64,000 nt of DNA. Origin: a virus. A model generated the notes under the pieces. That model was not told where the DNA came from and searched no databases. It saw only the letters and a list, made by a program, of their open reading frames with translations. Below, piece after piece: positions 1 through 10,480 of this stretch. The DNA lies in the IMG/VR virus record IMGVR_UViG_3300042558_003617, positions 8,457 through 72,456 of that record; one strand, 5' to 3'. A program made the position numbers and the translations under genes. Each line of letters begins with the position of its first letter. Within the stretch, counting starts at the first letter, position 1.

Positions 1-2
1 GC

Positions 3-869
3 ATTACTGGTTTTGCAACAATCAGTCCTGGTATCCAGCTCAGCACAACAGTATCAAACGCACTGTTCCGTGGAACAGCTACTGATGCACAAAGTCTTGG
101 CGGATTCACAAGTTCAGAATTTATACGCAACAATACCAACGGCACCACATCGGGCACACTAGGCGTCCTGAATGATTCAGGACTGACAGTTGGTGTTGAC
201 CAAGACGCAAAAATTTCTGTCAACACCGGCACATCAGAAGTTACATTACAGAATCAAACACAAGATGCCAACTTATCTGTCAAGGTAAATGACGGCGGTG
301 TTACTACCACAGTTATGTTGGTTAATGGAGCAACATCGGTTGTGTCATTCCCAACTACTCTGTCACTTAATTCGGCAGCTGGAGCAACTGCTCTTATAAA
401 TGCAGCCGGTAACGGTGTGGGCAATATTGGCAGTTCCAGCAGTTACTTCAACACGGTTTTTGCCCAGGCCACTTCAGCACAATACGCTGACGTGGCTGAA
501 CGTTTTGCAGCCGATGCGTACCTAGAGCCAGGCACTGTGGTCGAACTTGGCGGCACAAATGAAATTACAATGAGCATTTCTGATCTTAGCGAAGAAGTGT
601 TTGGCGTTGTGAGTACGAATGCAGCGTATCTAATGAATTCTGGTGCCGGCAACGACCAAACACACCCACCAATTGCTATGACTGGACGTGTGCCAGTCAA
701 GGTCAACGGAGTGGTGCGCAAAGGTGATCGCCTTGTGTCAGCAGGTGCTGGAACAGCCCGAGCTGCACTACCTGGCGAAGCAACGGCATTCAACGTGATT
801 GGCCGTGCATTAGAAGCCAAAACAACTACTGGACTTGGCCTGGTCGAATCCATAGTAACAATCAAATAA
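3..869 (+). CDS. Tail fibre-like protein, C-terminal part (5'-truncated by window), with intramolecular-chaperone/peptidase G2-like C-terminus
   Basis: Frame is open from position 3 through ORF 315..869; G/S/T-rich; ends with YADVAE...GRVPVKV..VRKGDRLVS motif typical of phage fibre C-terminal chaperone domains. Confidence 0.75.
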   Translation: MTGFATISPGIQLSTTVSNALFRGTATDAQSLGGFTSSEFIRNNTNGTTSGTLGVLNDSGLTVGVDQDAKISVNTGTSEVTLQNQTQDANLSVKVNDGGVTTTVMLVNGATSVVSFPTTLSLNSAAGATALINAAGNGVGNIGSSSSYFNTVFAQATSAQYADVAERFAADAYLEPGTVVELGGTNEITMSISDLSEEVFGVVSTNAAYLMNSGAGNDQTHPPIAMTGRVPVKVNGVVRKGDRLVSAGAGTARAALPGEATAFNVIGRALEAKTTTGLGLVESIVTIK

Positions 870-879
870 GGTAAAACAA

Positions 880-1872
880 ATGACATATTCATCAGGCGGA
901 TTAATCCAAGCAACAGATTACAACGGATTTGCTAGTACCACATCTGGTGCCAACGTCAACAACGTGTGGAGCACCGGATCAGGCGATAGTGGATGGGGAC
1001 AAACTGCACTCTCAACTGTGACCGGCGGATCAACCGTTGTAACAGCTACACAGTGGGCAGGCCTAGTCAACAACATAGCTAGTATGGGCGCACAAACTGG
1101 CACAACCATAACATCAAGATCCGCACCCACAACAGGTCAGACCATTAGTATTTTGGCAGCAATCAACACAGACTTGACCAACATCACACCCAATCGTGGC
1201 AACGCTGCCGCCAGCGGCACAACCAGTTCAACATGGACCGGTAGTAGCGCCAAAACAACGGGCACTGGTTCAGGTGCCAGCGCCTGGACTATCACGTTCA
1301 CGCACACAGTTACTTTCCCCAGTGCTGATCAAGCAAGATACTTCTGGAATGCAGGTGGACTTGTACGCTTGGACATGAGCAAAACATCAACCGGCACAGA
1401 CGCTGACCCAGACTGGAACACTCTTATTGGTACAGTTGGTACCTTGTACATGAGTGGTCGTGTAAACAGTGCGGCGCAGACCATTGCTGGCCAAAGCTAC
1501 ACAGGCTTTACTCGAATTGGTGGATCAGGCACACCTAGTCCAAACTTGACCACAACTGGCTGGTACACACTAACAGCCGGTGCCGCTGCCACAACAATGT
1601 TCCAGTTGACCTCAACAGTTTCCCCTTATACTTCTGACTTTGTTAGAGTCACTGCCGCAAAAAATGCTGGATCAACTACGCTTACATTTGTTACCACTTG
1701 GTCAGATTCAGGATCAGGTCAAACATCTAACATCAGTGGTGGAACAGACACTGCCAGCCCATTCTCTTCGTTTGGTACAGCACCGGCTGTGGTATGTCGT
1801 TTTGTTCCACCAGCAACCACAAACTTGACCAACAGCTGGGGAACTCCTACTATTGCAGCCAGTGTAAGTTAA
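880..1872 (+). CDS. Ser/Thr/Gly-rich virion structural (fibre/baseplate-associated) protein
   Basis: 330 aa, very S/T/G rich, SD AAGGT upstream, follows fibre gene and precedes a terminator. Confidence 0.6.
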   Translation: MTYSSGGLIQATDYNGFASTTSGANVNNVWSTGSGDSGWGQTALSTVTGGSTVVTATQWAGLVNNIASMGAQTGTTITSRSAPTTGQTISILAAINTDLTNITPNRGNAAASGTTSSTWTGSSAKTTGTGSGASAWTITFTHTVTFPSADQARYFWNAGGLVRLDMSKTSTGTDADPDWNTLIGTVGTLYMSGRVNSAAQTIAGQSYTGFTRIGGSGTPSPNLTTTGWYTLTAGAAATTMFQLTSTVSPYTSDFVRVTAAKNAGSTTLTFVTTWSDSGSGQTSNISGGTDTASPFSSFGTAPAVVCRFVPPATTNLTNSWGTPTIAASVS

Positions 1873-1887
1873 TTGATGCAATTGTCC

Positions 1888-1914
1888 AAAAGGGCCGCAA
1901 GGCCCTTTTATTTT
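1888..1914 (+). terminator. Intrinsic terminator
   Basis: AAAAGGGCC-GCAA-GGCCCTTTTATTTT hairpin with U-tract after structural genes. Confidence 0.85.
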
Positions 1915-1940
1915 GTCAAAAAATCCTGTATAATTACTAG

Positions 1941-2246
1941 ATGAATACTGCGCAACTTATTGAACACGGCCGTGCAAGATTTGAACACACAGCGGCCAAG
2001 CAACTGCTAAAAGAAAAATACCTAGCTAGGATGTTGTTTGCCTATCGCGGAGGCATGTGGCGAGCTGGTCCCGAGCTACAAACCACACTGTTAACCTGCC
2101 CAGATGCAACCGCAGTGATTCTGGACCTGTACGAAAACCCTGTTCAAGTTGATACCAAAGAGCTGTACGCACAAAGCCAACAACGCTGGCAAGAGCAAAT
2201 GAATGCTTGGCTAATAGAGCACGAAGAGAACAACAAAAAACGATGA
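1941..2246 (+). CDS. Hypothetical protein
   Basis: 101 aa ORF, ATGA-coupled to next gene. Confidence 0.7.
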   Translation: MNTAQLIEHGRARFEHTAAKQLLKEKYLARMLFAYRGGMWRAGPELQTTLLTCPDATAVILDLYENPVQVDTKELYAQSQQRWQEQMNAWLIEHEENNKKR

Positions 2247-3055
2247 CTACTGGTGCCCTGGTATTTGCATTTAACAACGAACAAATAGACTATGTGTCCA
2301 TGGCACGTTGGACAGCCAACAACATCCGTAGACATCTAAACATACCAGTTTGTTTGATCACCGACACACAACAGCAGGATCTGTCAGGCTTTGACAAAGC
2401 CATCTGTGTTGGACCTGCTAACCTTGGCATAGCAAACAAACGATATTTTAGTGATTACAACACCACAGTAACCTGGCACAACACCAATCGCATGGATGCT
2501 TATGCATTAAGTCCATGGGATCAGACCCTGGTACTGGATGCAGACTATGTCGTTGCAAGTAATCAACTTGGCACAATTTTACAAAGCCCCGATAACTTTC
2601 TTGCACATCGCTGGGCCAGTGACGTAACTGGGTTGACTGATTTTACTGGGCTTAATTATTTTGGTAACTATCGCATGCCCATGTGGTGGGCTACTGTAAT
2701 GATGTTTAGGCGTAGCGACACAGCCAAAATGATATTTGATGCTATGAGCATGGTTCGAAATAATTGGATGCATTATAGAAATCTCTATGCAAACAATTCC
2801 GGCACATACCGCAATGACCATGCCTTGAGCATTGCGCTAAACACAGTTAACGGGCACATGCAGCCACAGTGCAGTATACCCTGGAACCTAGCAAGTTTGT
2901 TACCTGAGCACAAACTAACACAGCTGGGACAGGATCATTACAGAGTTGATTTTGTCACCGGCGACAATAAAACTCGTTGGATCAATTTGCAACAACAAGA
3001 TTTCCATGCCATGGGTAAATTACAACTAGGGGAAATAATTGCCAATACTTGCTGA
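2243..3055 (+). CDS. Nucleotide-diphospho-sugar transferase (GT-A)-like protein
   Basis: LSPWDQTLVLDADY (DxD) and YRNDHA motifs; start chosen at ATGA overlap. Confidence 0.6.
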   Translation: MTTGALVFAFNNEQIDYVSMARWTANNIRRHLNIPVCLITDTQQQDLSGFDKAICVGPANLGIANKRYFSDYNTTVTWHNTNRMDAYALSPWDQTLVLDADYVVASNQLGTILQSPDNFLAHRWASDVTGLTDFTGLNYFGNYRMPMWWATVMMFRRSDTAKMIFDAMSMVRNNWMHYRNLYANNSGTYRNDHALSIALNTVNGHMQPQCSIPWNLASLLPEHKLTQLGQDHYRVDFVTGDNKTRWINLQQQDFHAMGKLQLGEIIANTC

Positions 3056-3827
3056 GCGTGGGTACTTGATCCCAGCTATCAATTCTGACACTGTTAGCTA
3101 CACTGATTGCGCAGAAAAATTGGCAATCAGTATTCGACAATGGCATCCAGATGCAAACATAGCAATCATGACCAACGACCGTTGTGACTGGAGTTTGTTC
3201 ACACATGTTGTTGAATTACCAACTAGCAACATTCACGGGTATGCCAACGATTGGCAATGTTTTTCAGCCAGCCCGTATCGCCAAACAATCAAACTTGAAG
3301 CTGACATGTTGTGCACAAGTCCCGTGGATCATTGGTGGCAGTTGTTTGAGCATAGAGATGTTGTGATAAGTCAAGGGTGTAGGACATTTTACAATGAGCC
3401 TGCAACCAGTAGATTTTACAGAAAATTGTTTGACACCAACAATCTGCCAGATGTGTACAATGCAATAACATACTGGCGATTGAGTAAAACTGCCCGTGAG
3501 TTTTTTGATGTGGTTCGCAACATATTTGAAAATTGGCCACAGTGGCGAATGTTGCTTAAATTTCCCGATGACCATGCAACAACTGATGTGGTTTATGCCA
3601 TGGCGGCAGTGATTGTGGGAGTGGAAAATGTCACATTACCAGCAGAACTAGGTCCAAGTATTGTGCACATGAAAAGACACATCCAGCCAATACACAGCAA
3701 TAACTGGACACAGGAACTGGTATGGGAACACACTAATCCTGGACTACGCATCAATTCAGTAGCTCAGACTGGTATGTTTCATTATCACGTCAAGGATTGG
3801 TTAGAACATGACTCAAGCAACAACTGA
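3039..3827 (+). CDS. GT-A-like protein, paralogue of preceding gene
   Basis: SPYRQTIKLEADML aligns with SPWDQTLVLDADY of the neighbour. Confidence 0.55.
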   Translation: MPILAERGYLIPAINSDTVSYTDCAEKLAISIRQWHPDANIAIMTNDRCDWSLFTHVVELPTSNIHGYANDWQCFSASPYRQTIKLEADMLCTSPVDHWWQLFEHRDVVISQGCRTFYNEPATSRFYRKLFDTNNLPDVYNAITYWRLSKTAREFFDVVRNIFENWPQWRMLLKFPDDHATTDVVYAMAAVIVGVENVTLPAELGPSIVHMKRHIQPIHSNNWTQELVWEHTNPGLRINSVAQTGMFHYHVKDWLEHDSSNN

Positions 3828-4158
3828 TAACTTCTGGGCTGCACTAACTGCCTGGAATCCACCTGCACCTGCACCTGTATTCTATCGGTTATATTACAAT
3901 GACCAAGGACGGCCGTTATTCTACACCATGGAAGACTTGCCCGGTAACTACATAGAAGTTGATCTAGAAACCTATTTAATCAGCCCCACAAACGCACGAG
4001 TGGTCGACGGCCACCTAGTGCTAATTGAGACTCGACAATTTAATAAATTACGTCCTGGACAGGATGGCACATGTTGTGACCCAACCAATGTGGCCATTGT
4101 GGTAGAGCCTAGCGAACCACACATCAAATGGAGTTTGAATAACCATGCACAAGATTGA
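3808..4158 (+). CDS. Hypothetical protein
   Basis: 116 aa, overlaps neighbours in operon fashion. Confidence 0.65.
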   Translation: MTQATTDNFWAALTAWNPPAPAPVFYRLYYNDQGRPLFYTMEDLPGNYIEVDLETYLISPTNARVVDGHLVLIETRQFNKLRPGQDGTCCDPTNVAIVVEPSEPHIKWSLNNHAQD

Positions 4159-5071
4159 TATTGCAGATCTAGACTGCATATATTTAAGTTACGACGAACC
4201 ACAAAAAGAAGAGTTCTGGGTCAAAATCAAAAACATGATTCCCTGGGCCAAACGTGTGGATGGAGTCCAAGGTAGTGATGCGGCACACAAGGCCGCTGCC
4301 GCTGCCAGTGATACTGAACGTTTTGTTTTGATTGATGGTGATAATTTACCTGATGAAAAATTCTTTAACCTGACTATAGAATACCAAGACACCGACTGGG
4401 AAAATGCAGTGTATCGCTGGCGTGCTCGTAACCACATCAATGGGCTCATGTATGGCAACGGTGGTATCAGTAGCTGGACACGTAAGTTTGTCAATGACAT
4501 GAAAACACACGAAGCAACAGATGGGCGTACCGAAACTCAAGTGGAGTTCTGTTTTGATCCCTTGTACTGGAGCATGTACGATTGTTATTCAACCACATAC
4601 CCCAACGGCTCGCCCAAGCACGCCTGGCGTGCCGGCTTTAGGGAAGGGGTCAAGATGTGCCTGGACCGTGGCCGACGTCCCACAGTAGTTGAATTCCGTG
4701 ACCGTGTGCATCAACGCAACCTTGATCATCTTACCATATGGCAAAACGTTGGGTTGGATGTTGACCAGGGTGCGTGGGCCATTGCTGGTGCTAGAATGGG
4801 CACATACATGACCATGCTAACTGACTGGGACTATAGAGATGTGCAGAGCTTTGATGCATTGGACCAGCTTTGGAAATCTATCCAGGGAGTGGATTCGGCT
4901 GAATTGATTGTGAGATATCAAGAGCAGTTGCACACTCAGTTGGACCTGCCAATGAATACTTTGCTACACAAAGAAAGTGAATTCTTTAAACATCACTATC
5001 GTAGCAACTGGCACAACCGTGGTGTAATGACACGAGAGATAGATGTTATCAGACAACAAGAAGGTTGGTAA
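4145..5071 (+). CDS. Glycosyltransferase-like protein
   Basis: IYLSYDEP...AHKAAA...LIDGDN (DxD)...AWRAGFREGVK; same family as C-terminal domain of 20353..21969. Confidence 0.55.
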   Translation: MHKIDIADLDCIYLSYDEPQKEEFWVKIKNMIPWAKRVDGVQGSDAAHKAAAAASDTERFVLIDGDNLPDEKFFNLTIEYQDTDWENAVYRWRARNHINGLMYGNGGISSWTRKFVNDMKTHEATDGRTETQVEFCFDPLYWSMYDCYSTTYPNGSPKHAWRAGFREGVKMCLDRGRRPTVVEFRDRVHQRNLDHLTIWQNVGLDVDQGAWAIAGARMGTYMTMLTDWDYRDVQSFDALDQLWKSIQGVDSAELIVRYQEQLHTQLDLPMNTLLHKESEFFKHHYRSNWHNRGVMTREIDVIRQQEGW

Positions 5072-5074
5072 CAC

Positions 5075-5569
5075 ATGAGTTGGCGGATCCAGCAGTTGCA
5101 AGGACTTGGCTGCAACATCTTGCAAGACAAATATCTTGTTGATTTTGTAAAACAACACAGCATTACTAGCCTGGAACTGCACGGCGACAATGATGTTGAG
5201 TACTTTCAGTCTCAGTTGCCAGATTGCAAAATTGGAACAGTGCACAACACTGGATTGCTGGCAGTGTTTGTGAATCAACTTGATAACAAACTAGAAGAGG
5301 TATTGCTGGCAATTGATAAAAAAATACAAGCTGCCAACCCAGACTGGGTTTACATAGCAATTAACAAATACTTAATAACCACTGACCAACACTGGCATAA
5401 TCTCACGGACAATTATGACCAGGACCTGATTGACATAGTTAGTTTGTCTCTACTGCCGTTGAATTTTGTAAAAATCAAACAGTCTTACATTGAACACGAT
5501 GATGGCACACATTTTAATTTTGTTCATCCAACAACAAACATGTATTATGAAAAAAAATTATGCATGTAA
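5075..5569 (+). CDS. Hypothetical protein
   Basis: 164 aa in operon. Confidence 0.6.
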   Translation: MSWRIQQLQGLGCNILQDKYLVDFVKQHSITSLELHGDNDVEYFQSQLPDCKIGTVHNTGLLAVFVNQLDNKLEEVLLAIDKKIQAANPDWVYIAINKYLITTDQHWHNLTDNYDQDLIDIVSLSLLPLNFVKIKQSYIEHDDGTHFNFVHPTTNMYYEKKLCM

Positions 5570-6111
5570 AACAAAAATTATTTGCCTGGAGAGTGTACAA
5601 AGCACTACATCCTTTATTGAGATTTAGAAAAATATCGCCTGTCCCAGTGGCATTTATTAAAAACAACATGGTCAACGGCAGCACCATGTCAATTGATAGT
5701 TTCCCGTACACACTGCCCAAAGATATACAGATTGACAAAATAATTGAATTAACAGACTCACAAGTGATATGGAATAAATTACATGTGCACAATGTCAGTT
5801 TTGTTGATTCGTACAACCATGTACCAGACTCAATTCAGTACAACAACATAATTTTAGCAGGCCTAACTGAATTTAGATACCGGACTGTGGCTGATTGTGC
5901 CAGAGTTATTGGCAAACTTGTTCCTGTATTAAAACAAAATGGGCGTGTTATAGTGACAATTCCAATTACCACGTTGTTGTTTCATAGATTAAAATTTTCG
6001 TACAATCAAGTGATTGATGAATTAAATTTACATCTGGCATCAAGCGGATTGACCATAACAGACAGATTATTGGACATTGACATTTTTTACATAACAGCAA
6101 CACAATTATGA
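5560..6111 (+). CDS. Hypothetical protein, possibly degenerate methyltransferase fold
   Basis: LVPVLKQNGRVIV resembles the LKPGG segment of class I methyltransferases; AT-rich. Confidence 0.4.
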   Translation: MHVKQKLFAWRVYKALHPLLRFRKISPVPVAFIKNNMVNGSTMSIDSFPYTLPKDIQIDKIIELTDSQVIWNKLHVHNVSFVDSYNHVPDSIQYNNIILAGLTEFRYRTVADCARVIGKLVPVLKQNGRVIVTIPITTLLFHRLKFSYNQVIDELNLHLASSGLTITDRLLDIDIFYITATQL

Positions 6112-8024
6112 TCATAGCATTTTACCCCGGCGCAGGTGGAAACAGATACTACCAATATCTAACAGGAACAACGGAATTCACCAGTCACACCACCTATGAT
6201 CATTTGCTTAAAAATCAACGTTTTGAATACCGTTACCTAACAGCAGACTCAGTCTTGCCAGATCAGGACCTGATACTCACACACTGTGTAAATGCTCCGT
6301 TGTTGAGTCGGTTGTTTCCGGGACAGAAAATCACAATCATCAAGTCTGATTTGGGTAGCAGTCTACAACGAGAGTGGTATCTAGAGGATCAGTATCGTGA
6401 CAAAGACATGCCCGGCAAATTAGAGCATGCCAAGGCACATGTATCGTACCATAAAAAATATTACACTGAATATCCACTGGACACAACCGGCGCTGACATC
6501 ATTGTCAACATCTCCCTGGATCAGTCTGACTTTGCTCAAATGATGCGAATGGAATTGGCAACAATCAACAGTGTGGAATATCAACAGGCCATTGCAGAAT
6601 ATCAACCGCATGATCTGACTCAGGTGTCTGGGGATAAAATTGTGGATGGATTCAAAAGCAAGTTTCTTGACGATGCCGAAACCATGAAACAACGACTGGA
6701 CACAGTAAGTCCCAGCATGTGTCTAGCCAAGTGGAAACAGGTTAGTCTGCACCTGGCCACAGGCCTCAATAACAGTTGTTACCATCCACCATTGCATGAA
6801 ATTCGTCTCGAAGACATCAAGCGAGGCCCAAGCGGATTGCACAATACTGAACACAAAAAACAACAGCGTAAATTAATGCTTGATGGTGTGCGCCCTGCAG
6901 AATGCAGTTATTGCTGGACCATGGAGGATAACGGCAAGCTGAGTGATCGGCATTACCGCAGCGGAGAATCTTGGGCTGAAAAAGATTTTGGAAAAATTGT
7001 AAGCGCAAACTGGGACGATGATATTGTGCCTAGTTATGTAGAAGTCAATTTCAATCATGCTTGCAATCTACGCTGTAGTTACTGCTCTCCTCAGTTTAGT
7101 TCTAGTTGGGCTGATGAGATTGCTAGACAGGGAGGTTACCCCACCAGTACCGAGCATAACTCACCGTCTCACTTTGTTGGAACTCGAACTCCAATTCCTG
7201 TGAGAGAAAACAATCCCTACGTTGAAGCGTTTTGGCAGTGGTGGCCTACTCTGTACCCTGAACTGGTGCACTTTCGCATGACCGGCGGCGAACCGCTCAT
7301 GGACAAAAACACTTATAGAGTGTTTGACTATGTGATTCAAAACCCGTCAAAGCAACTACACTTGAATGTCACAAGTAACTTTTCAGTAGACCAAGTGCTA
7401 TTTGACAAATATCTAACAGCAGTACAAAACATTTGTGACGGGCGCATAGAACACTTTATGCAATATGTCTCCTTGGACGGATGGGGCTCACAAGCAGAGT
7501 ACATGCGTCATGGCATGGATTTTGATCTAGTTTGGAGTAGAGTAGATCAATACCTGACTCAAGTGCCCAGTTACAACAGCCTGACGTTTATTATCACAAT
7601 GAACAATCTCTCTGTGAGTAGTCTGCCACAACTGCTTGAAGGCATACTAGAACTACGCCGCAAGCACAGCACCACATATCAGCGTGTGTGGTTTGATACG
7701 CCTGTACTGCGCGACCCTGCATGGCAAAGCTTGCAAATTTTGCCTGAATCTTATGCACAAAAATTAGAGGACATTAGAGATTGGATGAGCACACACTTGA
7801 CCACACCCGACAACCCTTATCATGGATTCAAGGACTACGAAGTGGCACGTTTGGACAGAGACATTGCCTGGATGCGCAGTGGCCAAACTGCTGATCACAA
7901 TGTGGCACGAGCAGATTTTTATCGTTTTTTTACTGAACACGATCGCCGCCGCAACACAGATTTTTTAAAGACCTTTCCCGAAATGCGAGCCTGGTGGGCA
8001 GAATGTGAATACAATGCTAGATAA
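6108..8024 (+). CDS. Radical SAM protein with Cys-rich (twitch/SPASM-like) region and N-terminal sulfotransferase-like/P-loop domain
   Basis: CNLRCSYC (CxxxCxxC), TGGEPL, upstream C..KW...SCYH...CSYC; N-terminal IAFYPGAGG. Confidence 0.85.
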   Translation: MIIAFYPGAGGNRYYQYLTGTTEFTSHTTYDHLLKNQRFEYRYLTADSVLPDQDLILTHCVNAPLLSRLFPGQKITIIKSDLGSSLQREWYLEDQYRDKDMPGKLEHAKAHVSYHKKYYTEYPLDTTGADIIVNISLDQSDFAQMMRMELATINSVEYQQAIAEYQPHDLTQVSGDKIVDGFKSKFLDDAETMKQRLDTVSPSMCLAKWKQVSLHLATGLNNSCYHPPLHEIRLEDIKRGPSGLHNTEHKKQQRKLMLDGVRPAECSYCWTMEDNGKLSDRHYRSGESWAEKDFGKIVSANWDDDIVPSYVEVNFNHACNLRCSYCSPQFSSSWADEIARQGGYPTSTEHNSPSHFVGTRTPIPVRENNPYVEAFWQWWPTLYPELVHFRMTGGEPLMDKNTYRVFDYVIQNPSKQLHLNVTSNFSVDQVLFDKYLTAVQNICDGRIEHFMQYVSLDGWGSQAEYMRHGMDFDLVWSRVDQYLTQVPSYNSLTFIITMNNLSVSSLPQLLEGILELRRKHSTTYQRVWFDTPVLRDPAWQSLQILPESYAQKLEDIRDWMSTHLTTPDNPYHGFKDYEVARLDRDIAWMRSGQTADHNVARADFYRFFTEHDRRRNTDFLKTFPEMRAWWAECEYNAR

Positions 8025-9156
8025 TCGTAAACTTATACTTGATACAATGTGCGAAGTTTATGATCAATTAAAGCCCTGGCTGGATGATCATTTCTACAAT
8101 TTCAACAAGCACAACATAGTACCAGGCGCCATTTATGTAATTGGCCGCGCACAATATAATTTAAATAAAGATCGAATCAGAGAGTTAGTGACCTCCAACA
8201 CAATCAGTGTTGTGTTGAGCAATCCAGCCGAAGGCAGCGAGACATTAAAAGCACACTGCGAGCATGTGCACAACTGCGCGGATCTAATACAATCCGGACG
8301 TGTGTTATTGGTTGGTGGTGGGGACATGGATGAAACCTGGCCCTGTTTACTGTATGATAGTTTCTTGCCCAAGATACACGACTATGAAGAAAACATCGCT
8401 GCTATTACACAAGCACAGGCGCTGTACTCAACCACTAACAAGCCCTATAAGTTTTTGTTTCTAAATGGGCGTATTCGTGGGCATCGTAAGTTTCTAATAG
8501 AAAAACTCAATATCATGGGCCTGCTAGATCAGAGTTTATGGAGTTGCTTGGAGGGCGGGCTTGGTGGCAAAATTAATTTGTCTGTGCCATTTAATGGTCA
8601 AGATCTAATGCTCACACATCGAGATCCGCATCTTTTACCGGCTCATTATGAAGTTGATCGATACAGTGTCAATGTAGATCGCAACCTAGGACACGGCTAC
8701 ATCAAATTTGGGTTGTTTAATCAAGAATGGGGAGAAATATATCTCAAGGCCGATCCCTATATCGACACCTACTTTAGTCTAGTATCAGAAACAGTGTTTG
8801 AATATCCGTATTCATTTAGAACTGAAAAGATATGGAAGCCTGTGGCCATGGGACATCCTTGGATAGCAGCAGCCAATCGCGGATACTATCGCGACATGCG
8901 TAACCTAGGCTTCAAGACATTTGGGCATGTGATTGACGAAAGTTTTGATTTGATTGACAACAGCCAGGATCGACTCACACGTATTACACAGGTAGTTGAA
9001 GATTTGTGTGCTCAGAATCTAGATGAATTCCTTGCGGCCTGCTCCAGCGTATGTAAATACAATCAACAGCACATGTTAGAACTGCGTGACACTGTGCGTG
9101 ATGAATTCCCCGAGCGTTTTCGTCAATTTCTTAAAGAAAACAAATTTAATGACTGA
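8014..9156 (+). CDS. Glycosyltransferase-like protein (GT-B, VSET...TEKxWKP family)
   Basis: FLFLNGR.R.HR, FSLVSET, RTEKIWKP..MGHP, GFKTF..IDESFD motifs. Confidence 0.55.
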   Translation: MLDNRKLILDTMCEVYDQLKPWLDDHFYNFNKHNIVPGAIYVIGRAQYNLNKDRIRELVTSNTISVVLSNPAEGSETLKAHCEHVHNCADLIQSGRVLLVGGGDMDETWPCLLYDSFLPKIHDYEENIAAITQAQALYSTTNKPYKFLFLNGRIRGHRKFLIEKLNIMGLLDQSLWSCLEGGLGGKINLSVPFNGQDLMLTHRDPHLLPAHYEVDRYSVNVDRNLGHGYIKFGLFNQEWGEIYLKADPYIDTYFSLVSETVFEYPYSFRTEKIWKPVAMGHPWIAAANRGYYRDMRNLGFKTFGHVIDESFDLIDNSQDRLTRITQVVEDLCAQNLDEFLAACSSVCKYNQQHMLELRDTVRDEFPERFRQFLKENKFND

Positions 9157-10480
9157 TTTAGATTTTAAACACACAGTACTGGACAAACTGTCTAACAGTT
9201 TTTGTGCTGCCAAATGGTACAACGCCACTATATGGCTAGGAAGTGGGCAAACTACCAGTTGTCATCACCCACTGCCGCATGCAATTGACGTTGAAGAGAT
9301 CAAGTTAAACCCCAGCGCACTGCACAACACTACCAAAAAGAAAATGGAACGTGAGCAAATGCAACGGGGAGAACGTCCCAGCGGCTGTGAATATTGCTGG
9401 AAGGTAGAGGACATTGGTCGTGACAACATCAGCGACCGTGTGTACAAAAGTAAAATTTACGAAATAAAGGATTTGAAACATGCTTACGCAACTCCAGCCC
9501 GTGAAGACTTTAATCTCAAAACATTGGAAATTGCTTTTGATCGCACTTGCCAGTTTGCTTGTAGTTACTGTAATCCTGCTTTCAGCACTACATGGGTTAA
9601 CGACATTAAACGAAACGGGGCATACACAGGACTTGTATCAGACGGGCGCAATCACTTTACTCATACTCATGATAGCAGCCAATTGTATAAATTCGGTGAG
9701 GTTAATCCTTATGTGGAAGCGTTCCACCAATGGTGGGAGTCAGACCTCCACAGAACACTACAAGAGCTAAGGATCACCGGTGGTGAACCCTTGATGAGTG
9801 CCGAAACATGGCGACTAATTGAGTGGTTTAAAACCAACAAAGGCAAGAGTACCACACGCTTGGCCATTAACAGTAACCTAGGCACCGATGTTGATGTTGA
9901 TCGCCTGTTAACTGCTATTGATGGTGTGGAAGTAGACCTATACACTTCAAACGAAGCAATGAGTTTACAAGCAGAATACATTCGTGATGGCCTGGTATTT
10001 GACGACTGGGCAAACAATGTAGAACGTTTGTTAAGCTCGGGCAAGTTCCGTGGCCTACACGTTATGTGTACCATTAATGCACTGTGCTTGACTACACTGG
10101 ATTCATTTTTAGAGTGTGTGCTGAATTGGAAGCGCGAATACGGAAATGATTCCATTAATGTCAGCTTGAATATTCTACGTTTCCCTAGTTTCCAAAGCCC
10201 GTTAGTGTTACCCGATCATTTACGCCAAGAACTTCAACAGCGATTGGTCCAGGTCATGGTTGATAATAAAGGATCAAGCTTGTTCCAGGAATTTGAGTGG
10301 AATCAATTACAACGCCTAGTAGACTATTTAGATGTGGTCAAAACACCACATGCCGGAGCCGCTGAACAATCAGTGCTACAGCAAGACTTCAAACAGTTCT
10401 ACACACAGTACGACAACCGCAGGGGTAAAAACTTTGCGGATGCATTTCCGGAACTGACCGAGTGGTATAATTCACTATAA
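9149..10480 (+). CDS. Radical SAM protein (N-terminal twitch/SPASM-like)
   Basis: CQFACSYC, TGGEPL, N-terminal FCAAKW..SCHH..CEYC. Confidence 0.88.
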   Translation: MTDLDFKHTVLDKLSNSFCAAKWYNATIWLGSGQTTSCHHPLPHAIDVEEIKLNPSALHNTTKKKMEREQMQRGERPSGCEYCWKVEDIGRDNISDRVYKSKIYEIKDLKHAYATPAREDFNLKTLEIAFDRTCQFACSYCNPAFSTTWVNDIKRNGAYTGLVSDGRNHFTHTHDSSQLYKFGEVNPYVEAFHQWWESDLHRTLQELRITGGEPLMSAETWRLIEWFKTNKGKSTTRLAINSNLGTDVDVDRLLTAIDGVEVDLYTSNEAMSLQAEYIRDGLVFDDWANNVERLLSSGKFRGLHVMCTINALCLTTLDSFLECVLNWKREYGNDSINVSLNILRFPSFQSPLVLPDHLRQELQQRLVQVMVDNKGSSLFQEFEWNQLQRLVDYLDVVKTPHAGAAEQSVLQQDFKQFYTQYDNRRGKNFADAFPELTEWYNSL